A stretch of 64,000 nt of DNA from Minisyncoccia bacterium (GCA_050011835.1 JBEKII010000002.1:8086-72085), one strand, 5' to 3'; numbered from the stretch's first letter, positions 37,687 to 47,041 are shown. Program-made: numbers and translations. The notes: a model not told the origin generated them from the letters alone.

Positions 37687-38447
37687 TTATTACGACTGAA
37701 AAGGAGCGGGCGAATCTCATTGAAGCAGGAAAGCGCCTCGCGCACGTGCTTGCGATTCTCCGTACGAAAGTCACGCCAGGCGTGACGTCCGAAGAACTTG
37801 ATGATATGGCGGAACGGCTCATTCGCGAGAATGGCGATTCCCCGGCGTTCCTCGGCTACACGCCTGAGGGCGCGCAACGGCCGTATCCGGCAACGCTTTG
37901 CGTCTCAATAAACGATGAAGTTGTGCATGGCATTCCGAATGAATCGCCGAAAATTTTGAAAAAGGGCGATATCGTCGGACTTGATTTCGGGCTTCGGCAT
38001 GAAGGCATTATCGTTGATGCGGCTATTACCGTGCCAGTCGGGAAAGTTAATGAAAAAATGAAAAAATTGCTTCGTGCAACCGAAAATGCGCTCGCCGCAG
38101 GTATCGCACAAGCAATTCCGGGGAATCATATGGGCGATATCTCGTATGCTATTCAAAAAGAAATTGAAAACGCGGGATTCTCGGTGGTGAAATCGCTCGG
38201 CGGGCATGGCGTGGGCGACCTTGTCCACGAAGAACCATTCATTCCTAATTTCGGCCGCCCTGGCGCTGGAATATTGCTTTCCGAGGGCATGGTGCTCGCG
38301 CTTGAGCCGATATCCGCCGAGAGGAAAGGAACAGTCATTCTCGCTCCCGATGGTTATACGTATCGCACTAAAGACAGTTCACGTTCTGCCCACTTTGAAC
38401 ACACCATCTTGATTGAAAAGGGCGGAGCGCGTATTATAACCGCATAA
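37683..38447 (+). CDS. map: Methionine aminopeptidase type I
   Basis: Pita-bread fold motifs (DIVGLDFG, HGVGDLVHEEP, LEP..., FEHTIL). Confidence 0.9.
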   Translation: MIITTEKERANLIEAGKRLAHVLAILRTKVTPGVTSEELDDMAERLIRENGDSPAFLGYTPEGAQRPYPATLCVSINDEVVHGIPNESPKILKKGDIVGLDFGLRHEGIIVDAAITVPVGKVNEKMKKLLRATENALAAGIAQAIPGNHMGDISYAIQKEIENAGFSVVKSLGGHGVGDLVHEEPFIPNFGRPGAGILLSEGMVLALEPISAERKGTVILAPDGYTYRTKDSSRSAHFEHTILIEKGGARIITA

Positions 38448-38497
38448 TCACATAACCACTGTTGACGTCCGCCAGCTGACGGATTATTTTTCAAACT

Positions 38498-39082
38498 ATG
38501 GCACAAAAAAATCCAAAGGAAGAACGGACGTTTGTGATGGTAAAGCCCGACGGCGTAAAAAAGGGTCTCATTGGAGAAATTATTAAACGCTTTGAACGGC
38601 GCGATTTGAAGATTGTCGCTCTTGAAATGTTTCAACCGACCTTTGAACAAGTTGATAATCATTACCCGAGGGATGCGGCATGGATTAAGCGCCTCGGCGA
38701 AAAAACACTCTCAACCTATAAGAAGTACGAGTATGATGCGATGAAGGATTTTGGCACTACAGATCCGGAAAAGATCGGTCTGGAAATCCGAAAATGGCTT
38801 ACGGACTATTTGCTTTCGGCTCCTGTGGTGAAAATGGTAGTAGAGGGGGTACATGCGATTGATATGGTGCGAAAAATTTGCGGTTCAACGCTTCCGTATC
38901 AGGCGGAAATGGGCACTATTCGCGGGGACTTCTCAAATGATTCCCCGGCACTCGCCAATGCCGAGAAGCGCGCCGTAGCGAATATCGTCCACGGTTCTGA
39001 AACGCCTGAAGAAGCCGCACATGAAATGGAACTTTGGTTCAGGAATGGGAAAATGCAGGACTATAAGCGCCACGGCGAATAA
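38498..39082 (+). CDS. ndk: Nucleoside diphosphate kinase, with a ~40-aa insertion
   Basis: ERTFVMVKPDGV...GSTLP...NIVHGSE (catalytic His). Confidence 0.85.
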   Translation: MAQKNPKEERTFVMVKPDGVKKGLIGEIIKRFERRDLKIVALEMFQPTFEQVDNHYPRDAAWIKRLGEKTLSTYKKYEYDAMKDFGTTDPEKIGLEIRKWLTDYLLSAPVVKMVVEGVHAIDMVRKICGSTLPYQAEMGTIRGDFSNDSPALANAEKRAVANIVHGSETPEEAAHEMELWFRNGKMQDYKRHGE

Positions 39083-39095
39083 TAAAGGAAGCCGC

Positions 39096-39312
39096 TTGAC
39101 ATTAGAGGTATAATAGAAGTTGGAGCCGTTCTTAAAAACGCAACTTGCTATAAGTTCGGGAGCTTTGCATTGAGGCGAGCTTGGTGAATCCTCCGTCAGT
39201 TGGCGTGTGGAATCCGATAGCCGCCGTTGCTGCACCCACCTAGCAAGATAAAGTTGCTTAAGAGGATGGCTCCGCGAAAAACCGCTCTGCAAAGAGCAGT
39301 TTTTCGCGTACT
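39096..39312 (+). ncRNA. Candidate structured leader / small RNA (class unknown) ending in an intrinsic terminator
   Basis: TATAAT box at about 39109. Long-range complementary segments (GGAGCCG...CAACTTGCTA / TAGCAAG..GTTG...TGGCTCC). Terminal palindrome CGCGAAAAACCGCTCTGC-aaa-GAGCAGTTTTTCGCG with a U-tract, 8 nt before the ATG of the next gene. Confidence 0.35.
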
Positions 39313-39320
39313 ATGAAGGA

Positions 39321-40709
39321 ATGAAACTCTCATTTTATGGCGGAGCAGGAAAAGTAACTGGTTCAAATTTTTTAATTTCCGCCAGTGGAGGGAAAGTGCT
39401 CGTTGACTGTGGTATAGAACAAGGCGTTGATTTTAGCGAAGCGGATACTTACGGGCCATTTCCGTACGATGCGAAAACAGTTGACGCGCTTGTTCTCACG
39501 CATGCGCATCTTGACCATGTCGGCCGTATTCCGAAACTCGTGCGGGATGGTTTCCGCGGGAAAATTTTTATGACACCGCCGACGCGCGACCTCGCCGAGC
39601 TCATCTTGCGCGATTCAGTCGGCATTCTCGGCGAAGAAGCCGCTCGGCTCGGCGAAACGCCGCTCTATGAGGGAAAAGATATTGATGCAATGTTCTCTCT
39701 CGTTCAAGCGCTTGAGTATCATACCGAAAAGGAAGTCGCGCCCGGGCTTTCCGTCTATCTACGCAACACGGGCCACATCCTCGGCTCGGCGAGCGTGCGG
39801 ATTAAAAATGAGAAAGATGATGCGGTCGCACTCACGGGCGACATCGGCAATTCTCCCTCGCCCTTGTTGCCCGATTGGGAGCCGGTCACTGACGCGGACG
39901 TGCTCGTGATGGAAAGTACGTATGGAGACAGAGTTCATCCGGCGCAGCAGCGCCGTATCGAGGCCTTGGCCGAGACACTGAAAAAAGCAATTGCGCGTGG
40001 CGGCGCCATTCTTATTCCCGCCTTTTCGCTGGAACGCACCCAGCTCATGCTTTACGAACTTTCCAATTTTTTCTCTGCGGGCGAACTTCCCCGTGTTCCC
40101 GTTTTTCTTGACTCGCCGCTCGCGATAAAAATAACGGCAGTATATGAAAAATGGGGTCCAACGTACTTTAAACCCGAAGCGGAAGATGAGATGAAACGCG
40201 AGGGGAGCATTTTTGAATTTCCATTCCTGAAAAAAACGCTTTCGCGCGAAGAATCAGTAGCGATAAGAAAGATGCCGAACCCGAAAATCATCATTGCTGG
40301 TGCGGGAATGAGCCATGGCGGCCGCATCGGCCGCTCTGAAGCGCGTTATCTGCCCGATTCTTCCACCACGCTTATTATGGTCGGCTATCAGGCGCCTGGA
40401 AGTCCGGGACGGCGCATATCTGAAGGCGCATCAAGTGTGCGTCTTAATGGAAACGAGGTATACATCAACGCCAAAGTTGAAGTGCTTGACGGATGGTCGG
40501 CGCATGCCGACCGTGACGGACTCCTGAAATTTGCGGAAGCATCGCTAGCTGATAAACGCATCAAAACCATTTTCACCGCGCTCGGTGAACCTTCCGCTGA
40601 ACGCTTCCTTGCCCAGCGCATCCACGATTATCTCAACACCCGCGCTATCGTCCCCGAATATAGACAAACATGGGAGATTACGAAAGATTTCGTGAAAAAA
40701 GTTCAATGA
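39321..40709 (+). CDS. MBL-fold beta-CASP RNA-metabolising hydrolase (RNase J-like paralog)
   Basis: HxHxDH motif (LTHAHLDHVGRIP), beta-CASP motifs, and a C-terminal RNA-specificity region. 462 aa, shorter than RNase J. Confidence 0.8.
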   Translation: MKLSFYGGAGKVTGSNFLISASGGKVLVDCGIEQGVDFSEADTYGPFPYDAKTVDALVLTHAHLDHVGRIPKLVRDGFRGKIFMTPPTRDLAELILRDSVGILGEEAARLGETPLYEGKDIDAMFSLVQALEYHTEKEVAPGLSVYLRNTGHILGSASVRIKNEKDDAVALTGDIGNSPSPLLPDWEPVTDADVLVMESTYGDRVHPAQQRRIEALAETLKKAIARGGAILIPAFSLERTQLMLYELSNFFSAGELPRVPVFLDSPLAIKITAVYEKWGPTYFKPEAEDEMKREGSIFEFPFLKKTLSREESVAIRKMPNPKIIIAGAGMSHGGRIGRSEARYLPDSSTTLIMVGYQAPGSPGRRISEGASSVRLNGNEVYINAKVEVLDGWSAHADRDGLLKFAEASLADKRIKTIFTALGEPSAERFLAQRIHDYLNTRAIVPEYRQTWEITKDFVKKVQ

Positions 40710-40725
40710 TATATTTATTTGAATT

Positions 40726-40947
40726 ATGGATTTGAAACTCGGTGTGTACGAACACTACAAAGGCAAGAAATATCGTGTGCTCGGCGTAGCGAAACACAGC
40801 GAGACCTTGGAAGATTTGGTCGTATATGAAGCGCTCTACGAAAACAAGACGTCAAAACTTTGGGTTAGACCTCTCAAAATGTTTCTTGAAGAAGTTGAGG
40901 TCAACAGTAAACGAGCGCCGCGATTCAGATATTTAAGTGAAGAATAA
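40726..40947 (+). CDS. DUF1653-like small protein
   Basis: YEHYKGKKYRVLGVAKHSETLE is a DUF1653 signature. Confidence 0.6.
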   Translation: MDLKLGVYEHYKGKKYRVLGVAKHSETLEDLVVYEALYENKTSKLWVRPLKMFLEEVEVNSKRAPRFRYLSEE

Positions 40948-41001
40948 AAACGGAAACCGACCGAATCAGAAGCCACTCGGTTTCCGATTCGGTCGGGGAA
41001 G

Positions 41002-41469
41002 CTAATCAAAAGGGAGGACTGTCACCTTTGGGAAGTTCTTGAACTTCTCAACTTTTTCATCTCGCCGGTCGGCGGTAGTGATTACATAAAGCTCCTCAAA
41101 CCTGGTATACCCTTCCTGTATCGCCAGATCCCCATCAATGGGACAAAGTACACCCCCGATACTCCGAAACGGGACATCAACATGAACGAAAATACCTTGC
41201 TCAGCAAGCGTGTCTTCAAGGTCTGCCCCGTTCGCTTCTAAGACGTCTCTAGCAACCTGGAGTTCTTGGAGATTCCCAGGTTCGCGGCCGGCTGGACCTT
41301 TCTTCCTAACCGGAAGCCCGCGCCGCTTAAATTCTTCGTTTATTTGTGTTCCTCCACCAACGGTGATTACGGTGTAGGCCCTCTTGGATAAAGACGAAAC
41401 CCATTCCAAAAATTTTGGATTTTTAAATTTGTCTCCGCTGACTTTCACAAGTACGTTTTTACGAGTCAT
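41002..41469 (-). CDS. Small amino-acid-kinase-fold-like protein (155 aa), hypothetical
   Basis: Start refined to MTRKNVLVKVSGDKF with a perfect SD (GGGAGG). VLVKVSGD...VITVGGGTQINEEF resembles the N-terminal lobe of UMP kinase / AAK-fold proteins (LKLSGEAL...VIGGGNIFRG), but the protein is half the usual length. Confidence 0.5.
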   Translation of the reverse strand: MTRKNVLVKVSGDKFKNPKFLEWVSSLSKRAYTVITVGGGTQINEEFKRRGLPVRKKGPAGREPGNLQELQVARDVLEANGADLEDTLAEQGIFVHVDVPFRSIGGVLCPIDGDLAIQEGYTRFEELYVITTADRRDEKVEKFKNFPKVTVLPFD

Positions 41470-41526
41470 TCTTACCTCCCTTGATATTGTAGTTAGCCAA
41501 TGAGCCGATCTTTTCTGATTATACAA

Positions 41527-41874
41527 TTAAACGACTTTCTTCGCAATTCGGGTGAAAATTTCGGGATGGTCGGAGGCAAATTGTGCGAGGACTTTGCGGT
41601 CAAGAGCAAAGCCGTTCTTTTTTAATCTAGCGATGAAGGTGCTGTAGGATTTATGATCGCTGTCGCGGACGGCGGCGTTAAGGCGGACGATCCAGAGCTG
41701 GCGGAAGTCGGTCTTCTTGTCGCGGCGGTGGGCGAAGGCGTAGCGGCCCGCGCGCATAAGCGCTTCATGTGCATAACGTTCTTTCTTAGAGCGCAGACCG
41801 CGGTAGCCCTTGGCTCGCTTCAGAACATTCTTGCGGCGCTTCTGCGCCATGACGCCTCCTTTGATACGTGTCAT
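41527..41874 (-). CDS. rplT: 50S ribosomal protein L20
   Basis: MTRIKGGV..KRRKNVLKRAKGYRGLRS. Confidence 0.93.
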   Translation of the reverse strand: MTRIKGGVMAQKRRKNVLKRAKGYRGLRSKKERYAHEALMRAGRYAFAHRRDKKTDFRQLWIVRLNAAVRDSDHKSYSTFIARLKKNGFALDRKVLAQFASDHPEIFTRIAKKVV

Positions 41875-41920
41875 AAAATTAGTTGTTAGCCGCTAGGGAA
41901 TAGAGTTTAGTAAATACAGC

Positions 41921-42106
41921 TTAAGAGCCGGGAAGGAAACGGCGACGCGTCTTCGCGTTTAGAGAAAGAGTAATCGGACGGCGTTTCCGCGAGCGCTCCG
42001 AGCCGCTCTGCTTCGCATTGAAATGGTCCTGGCCGCGGCTTCGCGCTATCAGCTTTCCTGTGCGTGTTACGCGAATTCTTTTCAGATAAGATTTATTCGT
42101 TTTCAT
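41921..42106 (-). CDS. rpmI: 50S ribosomal protein L35
   Basis: MKTNKSYLKRIRVTRTGKL. Confidence 0.9.
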   Translation of the reverse strand: MKTNKSYLKRIRVTRTGKLIARSRGQDHFNAKQSGSERSRKRRPITLSLNAKTRRRFLPGS

Positions 42107-42671
42107 TTTTTGATTTGGATTTCACTCGTTTTTGTTGAGCCGCGAGGTCACGTTCAATGACGCCCGCGAAGCCCTTCGGGCTTCTCTCAATAGGCTCAGC
42201 GACCTTATAGGCATACGGAATGCGTACAAGGAACTTCTCAAGGCGATCCTTAAGAAATGCTTCGTCCATGCCTTTGTAGCGGCCTTTGAGGAAAAGTTCG
42301 GCGCGTACGCGATGTCCTTCAGCGAGCCACTGCGCGGCTTTTTTCGCCTTAAGAAGCATATCGTTCTCGCCGGTACCCACCTTAATCTGGACTTCCTTGG
42401 TCTCCGATATCTTGACCTTGGATTTCGCTACTTTCTCCTTCTTGCTTCGCTCGTATTCAAATTTACCATAATCCGTAATCTTCGCAACGGGCGGAACGGC
42501 CGAGGGCGAAATTTCAATAAGGTCAAGTCCCGCAACCTTCGCCGCCGCAAGCGCGTCAGCGAGCGGGAGAACGCCGAGATTTTCTCCTGTTGCGGCAATA
42601 ACGCGCAACTCTTGCGCGCGAATTTCGTTATTTATGCGAAGTCGTTCGGTAGCCACTGGAAGTAGGGGCAC
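42093..42671 (-). CDS. infC: Translation initiation factor IF-3
   Basis: INNEIRAQELRVI..., C-terminal domain VKISETKEVQIK. The true start is probably a non-ATG codon (AUU/AUA-type, as is usual for infC) some codons inside the track ORF. Confidence 0.88.
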   Translation of the reverse strand: MPLLPVATERLRINNEIRAQELRVIAATGENLGVLPLADALAAAKVAGLDLIEISPSAVPPVAKITDYGKFEYERSKKEKVAKSKVKISETKEVQIKVGTGENDMLLKAKKAAQWLAEGHRVRAELFLKGRYKGMDEAFLKDRLEKFLVRIPYAYKVAEPIERSPKGFAGVIERDLAAQQKRVKSKSKNENE

Positions 42672-42812
42672 TATAGCATAAAAGGGGAAGTGAATGCAAG
42701 TAAAAAAAGAAATTGCTCGATATCATACTTTCGCAACAACCGCGAGAGCTATCGCCGCGCCCGCACGAATTATTTTTTGATCCATATATTTATTTAGATA
42801 ACAAAACTTCTT

Positions 42813-43421
42813 TTAGTTATTGCAGTTCTCTTGCACCCTATTCTTTCTCGCGCGATACGCGAGGAGATTATGCCGAGCGATAAGGAAAAGAACAAGGAGA
42901 AAGATGAGCGCGATACTCCAACGCACCGGGCCAATCCATGCGGAAGTAAAGCTGCCGAACCAGTAGGAAACAGAGAAAAGGAATGTCGTCCAGATTGACG
43001 CCGCAGTGATTATCGTGAGCACGAAAGAAAGAAACGGCAAGCGGAAGAATCCGCATGCGGTAAAAGTCGGAAGCCGCAACCCCGGGACGAAACGGGCAGA
43101 GAAAACGGTAAGCACAAAACGGCTCTCGAGCCATACGCGGAAAGGCGCGACAAGGTCGTGATCAACGTAGCGTCCGAGGCGCGGATGAATGCTCGCTAGC
43201 CATCCGAGAAAATAAAGTCCGAAATCGCCGACGATGATACCCGTATAAAGAGATAGAAGCGCAACAGGAATTGAAATAATGCCGTCAGCCGCAAGCACTC
43301 CTACGATGACCGTTGTCGGGTCTTCAAAAATGAAGACGCCGAGGATAATCGTGAGCGAAAGAATCGCCGTATTGTTAATCACGCCGCCGAGAAGGTGGGA
43401 AAGAAAAAAGAAAGGAAACAT
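42813..43421 (-). CDS. DedA/VTT-domain membrane protein
   Basis: FVPGLRLPTFTACG motif and multiple TM helices. Confidence 0.75.
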   Translation of the reverse strand: MFPFFFLSHLLGGVINNTAILSLTIILGVFIFEDPTTVIVGVLAADGIISIPVALLSLYTGIIVGDFGLYFLGWLASIHPRLGRYVDHDLVAPFRVWLESRFVLTVFSARFVPGLRLPTFTACGFFRLPFLSFVLTIITAASIWTTFLFSVSYWFGSFTSAWIGPVRWSIALIFLLVLFLIARHNLLAYRARKNRVQENCNN

Positions 43422-43453
43422 GTGAATCGTCCCATTCTAACAAATTTTCTGCG

Positions 43454-44098
43454 ATGTGGCGCGTAGTATACTTAAGCGCCATGCTGCTTCAGACACGCTC
43501 TCAACAGAGTGATGACGCATCAGATGAGGAGATTGTTCACCGGGCACTTCTCGATAAGGAAGCATTCGCGCTCATCATCGAACGCTATGAAGCGAAACTT
43601 GCGCGCTATCTTGAGCGACTTGGTGTCGGCGTTCTTGAAGACCGCGAAGATATTCTGCAAAATGCGTTCGTTAAAGCATACAAAAACCTTAATAGCTTTG
43701 ACCCGACGCTCGCGTTTTCTTCGTGGATGTATCGCATTGCGCACAATGAAGCGATGAGTTTCTTCCGCGCGAAACACGCTCGACCGCAGGTTGTTTTAAG
43801 CGAGGAAGGTGAAGCGCTCATTACGGAATTGGAAGACGAGGATACCGACACCTCTCGTGTTGCGGAAGCTCGGCTTTCTCAGGAAGAGCTCGCAAAAGCC
43901 TTTGCGAAACTTTCTCAAGCATATCGTGATGTTCTTACCCTGCGTTTTTTTGAGAATCGTTCATATACCGAAATGTCTGATATTCTGGAATTGCCGGTGG
44001 GGACGATTTCTACGCTCCTCTATCGCGCCAAACGTGCTTTGCGCGCCGCAATGCCGAACTCATTTTATCATGATGACACACAACGACCACAACAATGA
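43454..44098 (+). CDS. ECF-type sigma-70 family sigma factor
   Basis: Region 2 (ILQNAFVKAYKNLNSFD...FSSWMYRIAHNEA) and region 4 HTH (LTLRFFENRSYTEMSDILELPVGTISTLLYRAKRAL). Confidence 0.85.
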   Translation: MWRVVYLSAMLLQTRSQQSDDASDEEIVHRALLDKEAFALIIERYEAKLARYLERLGVGVLEDREDILQNAFVKAYKNLNSFDPTLAFSSWMYRIAHNEAMSFFRAKHARPQVVLSEEGEALITELEDEDTDTSRVAEARLSQEELAKAFAKLSQAYRDVLTLRFFENRSYTEMSDILELPVGTISTLLYRAKRALRAAMPNSFYHDDTQRPQQ

Positions 44099-44954
44099 CC
44101 CTCTCTCGCAGCGTGTGTTTCAGCGCATTGCAGGCGAGCACCTTGTCCCGCGCCCGCGCTGGGAGTTTAGAATAAAGAACTATTTTTTCTGGACGCTTGG
44201 AGCGTGCGCGGTCGTACTCGGCGCGCTCGCATTCTCGGCAACGCTCTTTGAGATTACGAATGTTGATTGGCGCCTTTCAGTCGCAACGCACCCGAGCTTC
44301 TTTTCCTTTTTTCTCGCCGCCGCGCCCTTCCTCTGGGTGTTCGCGCTCGCATTTTTTATCGCCGTTGGATATGTAAATATTCGCCAAACCAACCACGGTT
44401 ATCGCTATTCGCTCGCAATCATCGCGCTGGGCGCGGTGCTTATGTCGCTTACTCTCGGCAGCGGTCTTTATGTTGCCGGTCTCGGCGGCGTCATTGAAGA
44501 ATCCATCGGTGACCATCCGCCATTTTATCGCCCCATTCTTCTTGAGGAGCGCTCGTGGTGGTTGGCGCCGGAAAGGGGGCTTTTGGTGGGGGATGTGATG
44601 AACGTTGCGCCCGACATCACTTCATTCGTTCTTCGTGATTTCTCGGGGCGATTCTGGGAAGTTGAGGGAAGCGACTTGCATAATCCTGACCTCGCCGCCG
44701 TCGCGCGCGGCGGAGTCGTGCGCGTCGTTGGTGTGCCAGCACAGGAAGGTGCGTCCGCTTCAACGACAATGTCCTTTCATGCTTGTTTCGTATTTCCTTG
44801 GGAGGCAGAGAGGCCCAGAAATAAACCGCTTCCGCTACCTCTCGCGGCGATCGCTTCTTCTAGTGAAAGGAGTGCGACGACAACGTCCAGTGAGGAATGT
44901 AGAAACATTCGTCCTTATCGGCAGCTTCGTAGCATTGATGATGCGGGTTTCTAA
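44070..44954 (+). CDS. Putative anti-sigma factor / membrane protein
   Basis: Start refined to MMTHNDH, overlapping the sigma-factor stop by 29 nt as is typical for sigma/anti-sigma pairs. Four TM helices, then an extracytoplasmic domain. Confidence 0.55.
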   Translation: MMTHNDHNNDPLSQRVFQRIAGEHLVPRPRWEFRIKNYFFWTLGACAVVLGALAFSATLFEITNVDWRLSVATHPSFFSFFLAAAPFLWVFALAFFIAVGYVNIRQTNHGYRYSLAIIALGAVLMSLTLGSGLYVAGLGGVIEESIGDHPPFYRPILLEERSWWLAPERGLLVGDVMNVAPDITSFVLRDFSGRFWEVEGSDLHNPDLAAVARGGVVRVVGVPAQEGASASTTMSFHACFVFPWEAERPRNKPLPLPLAAIASSSERSATTTSSEECRNIRPYRQLRSIDDAGF

Positions 44955-44969
44955 CTTTATTATAGTGAA

Positions 44970-45335
44970 ATGACGACTATCATTCTCGGTGTTATTTTGG
45001 CGCTTCTCGGGCTCCTCGGATTCATTTCAAATCCGCTCATCGGTGCGAATGCACTGTTTGGCGCTAACGCGGCGCATAACCTTATTCATATTGTTCTCGG
45101 AGCAATTCTTCTCATTGTCGCCTTCCGGTTCAACAAGAGTTCCGCACTATGGCTTAAGATTATCGGCGCGATAATGTTCTTTCTCGGTCTCATCGGCGTT
45201 CTTACCGTTCCGTCTGCCGGCGGAATGGTGCTTGGTTTTGTTGCCGCGAACGGCGCCTCCAATTGGCTCAATTTCGTTGCCGGCATCGTTATTTTTATTG
45301 CCGGAATGCAGGGGAAGGGAGATGCGGGGGCATAA
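44970..45335 (+). CDS. DUF4383-like small membrane protein
   Basis: Four TM helices with GxxG-rich composition (LGLLGFISNPL...HNLIHIVLG). Confidence 0.6.
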   Translation: MTTIILGVILALLGLLGFISNPLIGANALFGANAAHNLIHIVLGAILLIVAFRFNKSSALWLKIIGAIMFFLGLIGVLTVPSAGGMVLGFVAANGASNWLNFVAGIVIFIAGMQGKGDAGA

Positions 45336-45371
45336 TTGCATAGAGCGAATAAAGCGCGTATCCTAGGCACC

Positions 45372-45866
45372 ATGAAACGTACTGGTGTTGTACTCATTAT
45401 GGTACTTGCATTTTGCGGTCTTTCCGATTCGGTCTATATCGCACAAAATGAGACGAGTCATACACCGCTCCTCTGTAATGTTAATAATCTTTCCGGATGC
45501 AACATCGTCGCTTCAAGTCAGTACGCGCACCTCTTCGGGATTCCGCTCGCCGAGTACGGCGCGCTCTTCTACGCCCTCATTTTTATTATTGCCGCTTTGG
45601 AAATCATCGTCTTTGACCAATTGCTTCGCCGCGTACTTCAAGGACTTTCACTCGTCGGCATTCTCATATCCCTTTACCTCACTTTCCTTGAGATATTCGT
45701 CATACGCGCGTTATGCATTTATTGCCTCGTGTCTGCTTGTATTGCGCTTCTCATCTTCGTCCTCGCCTGTCTCATAGAGCCGATACGACCAATCAAAGGA
45801 TGGTCCGCCTCCGGCGAAAAAAAGACAGAAACACCGCCGCCGCACCTTTCAATGCCGCCTGTCTAG
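45372..45866 (+). CDS. Vitamin K epoxide reductase (VKOR) family protein
   Basis: CNVNNLSGCNIVASSQYAHLFGIP (loop cysteine pair) and the active-site CIYC in a TM helix. Confidence 0.75.
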   Translation: MKRTGVVLIMVLAFCGLSDSVYIAQNETSHTPLLCNVNNLSGCNIVASSQYAHLFGIPLAEYGALFYALIFIIAALEIIVFDQLLRRVLQGLSLVGILISLYLTFLEIFVIRALCIYCLVSACIALLIFVLACLIEPIRPIKGWSASGEKKTETPPPHLSMPPV

Positions 45867-45874
45867 CAATTATT

Positions 45875-47041
45875 ATGAATCGCCATTCTTTCATCTTGCT
45901 CGTTTTGGTTCTTCTCCCCGCGAGCGCTTTTGCGGCGCACGCACCCGCGTCTTTCTCGGCGGCGCGTTCGCTTCTCGCCGCGAGCTCCTCGCCCGGGAAC
46001 GCCTATGTTGCCGGTTTCTCGGTTGTAACTACCGCGCCGGTTTCTGGTGACCTTTCAGCTATCGGCGGCAGTATCGTCATCGCCGCGCCGGTTTCTGGCG
46101 ATGAACTTCTCTTCGCTGGTTCTTTGAGTTCGCGCGCGCCGGTTTCTGGTGATTTTCGGGCGGCGGGCGGAAACATCACTGTTGAGAAACCAATCGCAGG
46201 AGACCTCATTGCTTTCGGCCTCTCCGTGAATGACTCTGGCCGTGCCGGCGGAAGTATTTTCATTGCTGCCCTGAATGCCGCTTTGATTGATGGCGCATCA
46301 GGCCCGGTTACCATTTATGGCAATAATGTTTCGCTCGCCGGCGATTTTTCAGGCAATATAGATGTCGTTACAAGTGGCCGTCTGACACTTGCGCCAGGCA
46401 CCACAATCCACGGCATTCTCTCTTATGAAGCACCCGAAGCGGCGTTCATTCCCGCATCCGCGGCGATAATCGGCGGAATTGACTACAGAAATGTCTCTTA
46501 TCTGCCGAATGCCGGGACATCGCGAGCACTCGCATTCGTGAGCGTCGGATTTTTCCTTTTCGTTCGCATTCTTGGGGCTCTCGTTCTCGCTGGTCTTCTC
46601 GCTGGTCTTTTCCCGCGGCTTGCGGAAATGATTACCGACTACGCGTACACAGCGCGTCCGCGCGGCATTCTGCTTACGATGCTGCTTGGCTTCGCGATAC
46701 TTGTCGCGACGCCGATTCTTTCCGTTGTACTTCTCCTGACATTCGTCGGTGTCGGCATCGCGCTTCTCGTTTTTATTCTCTACGCCTTGTTGGTATTTCT
46801 TTCTCTTATGTACGCGGGAATTCTTCTTGGCGGCATACTCGCGCGCCGTTACGCGCGGCGCGAGACCGTTCTGTGGCACGATGGCGTGCTCGGCATGTTC
46901 ATACTCTCGCTTATCGCGCTGGTGCCGTTTGTCGGTTTTTTTGCAGTGCTTCTTCTCACCATTTTTTCTACAGGGGCTCTTTCATCCATATTTTTTGATT
47001 TTGCTTTTCCACACGAAGAGCAAACGCCCGAGTTGTTATGA
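45875..47041 (+). CDS. Secreted repeat protein (bactofilin/polymer-forming-like APVSGD repeats) with a C-terminal polytopic membrane domain
   Basis: Signal peptide, then four APVSGD(L/E/F) repeats, then ~6 TM helices. Confidence 0.55.
   Translation: MNRHSFILLVLVLLPASAFAAHAPASFSAARSLLAASSSPGNAYVAGFSVVTTAPVSGDLSAIGGSIVIAAPVSGDELLFAGSLSSRAPVSGDFRAAGGNITVEKPIAGDLIAFGLSVNDSGRAGGSIFIAALNAALIDGASGPVTIYGNNVSLAGDFSGNIDVVTSGRLTLAPGTTIHGILSYEAPEAAFIPASAAIIGGIDYRNVSYLPNAGTSRALAFVSVGFFLFVRILGALVLAGLLAGLFPRLAEMITDYAYTARPRGILLTMLLGFAILVATPILSVVLLLTFVGVGIALLVFILYALLVFLSLMYAGILLGGILARRYARRETVLWHDGVLGMFILSLIALVPFVGFFAVLLLTIFSTGALSSIFFDFAFPHEEQTPELL

Noticed and set aside
39096-39114. TTGACA and TATAAT hexamers suggestive of a sigma-70 promoter
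   Set aside because: They are only 7 nt apart (canonical spacing is 16-18), so the pair cannot act as a standard -35/-10. Only the TATAAT is retained as a possible -10.
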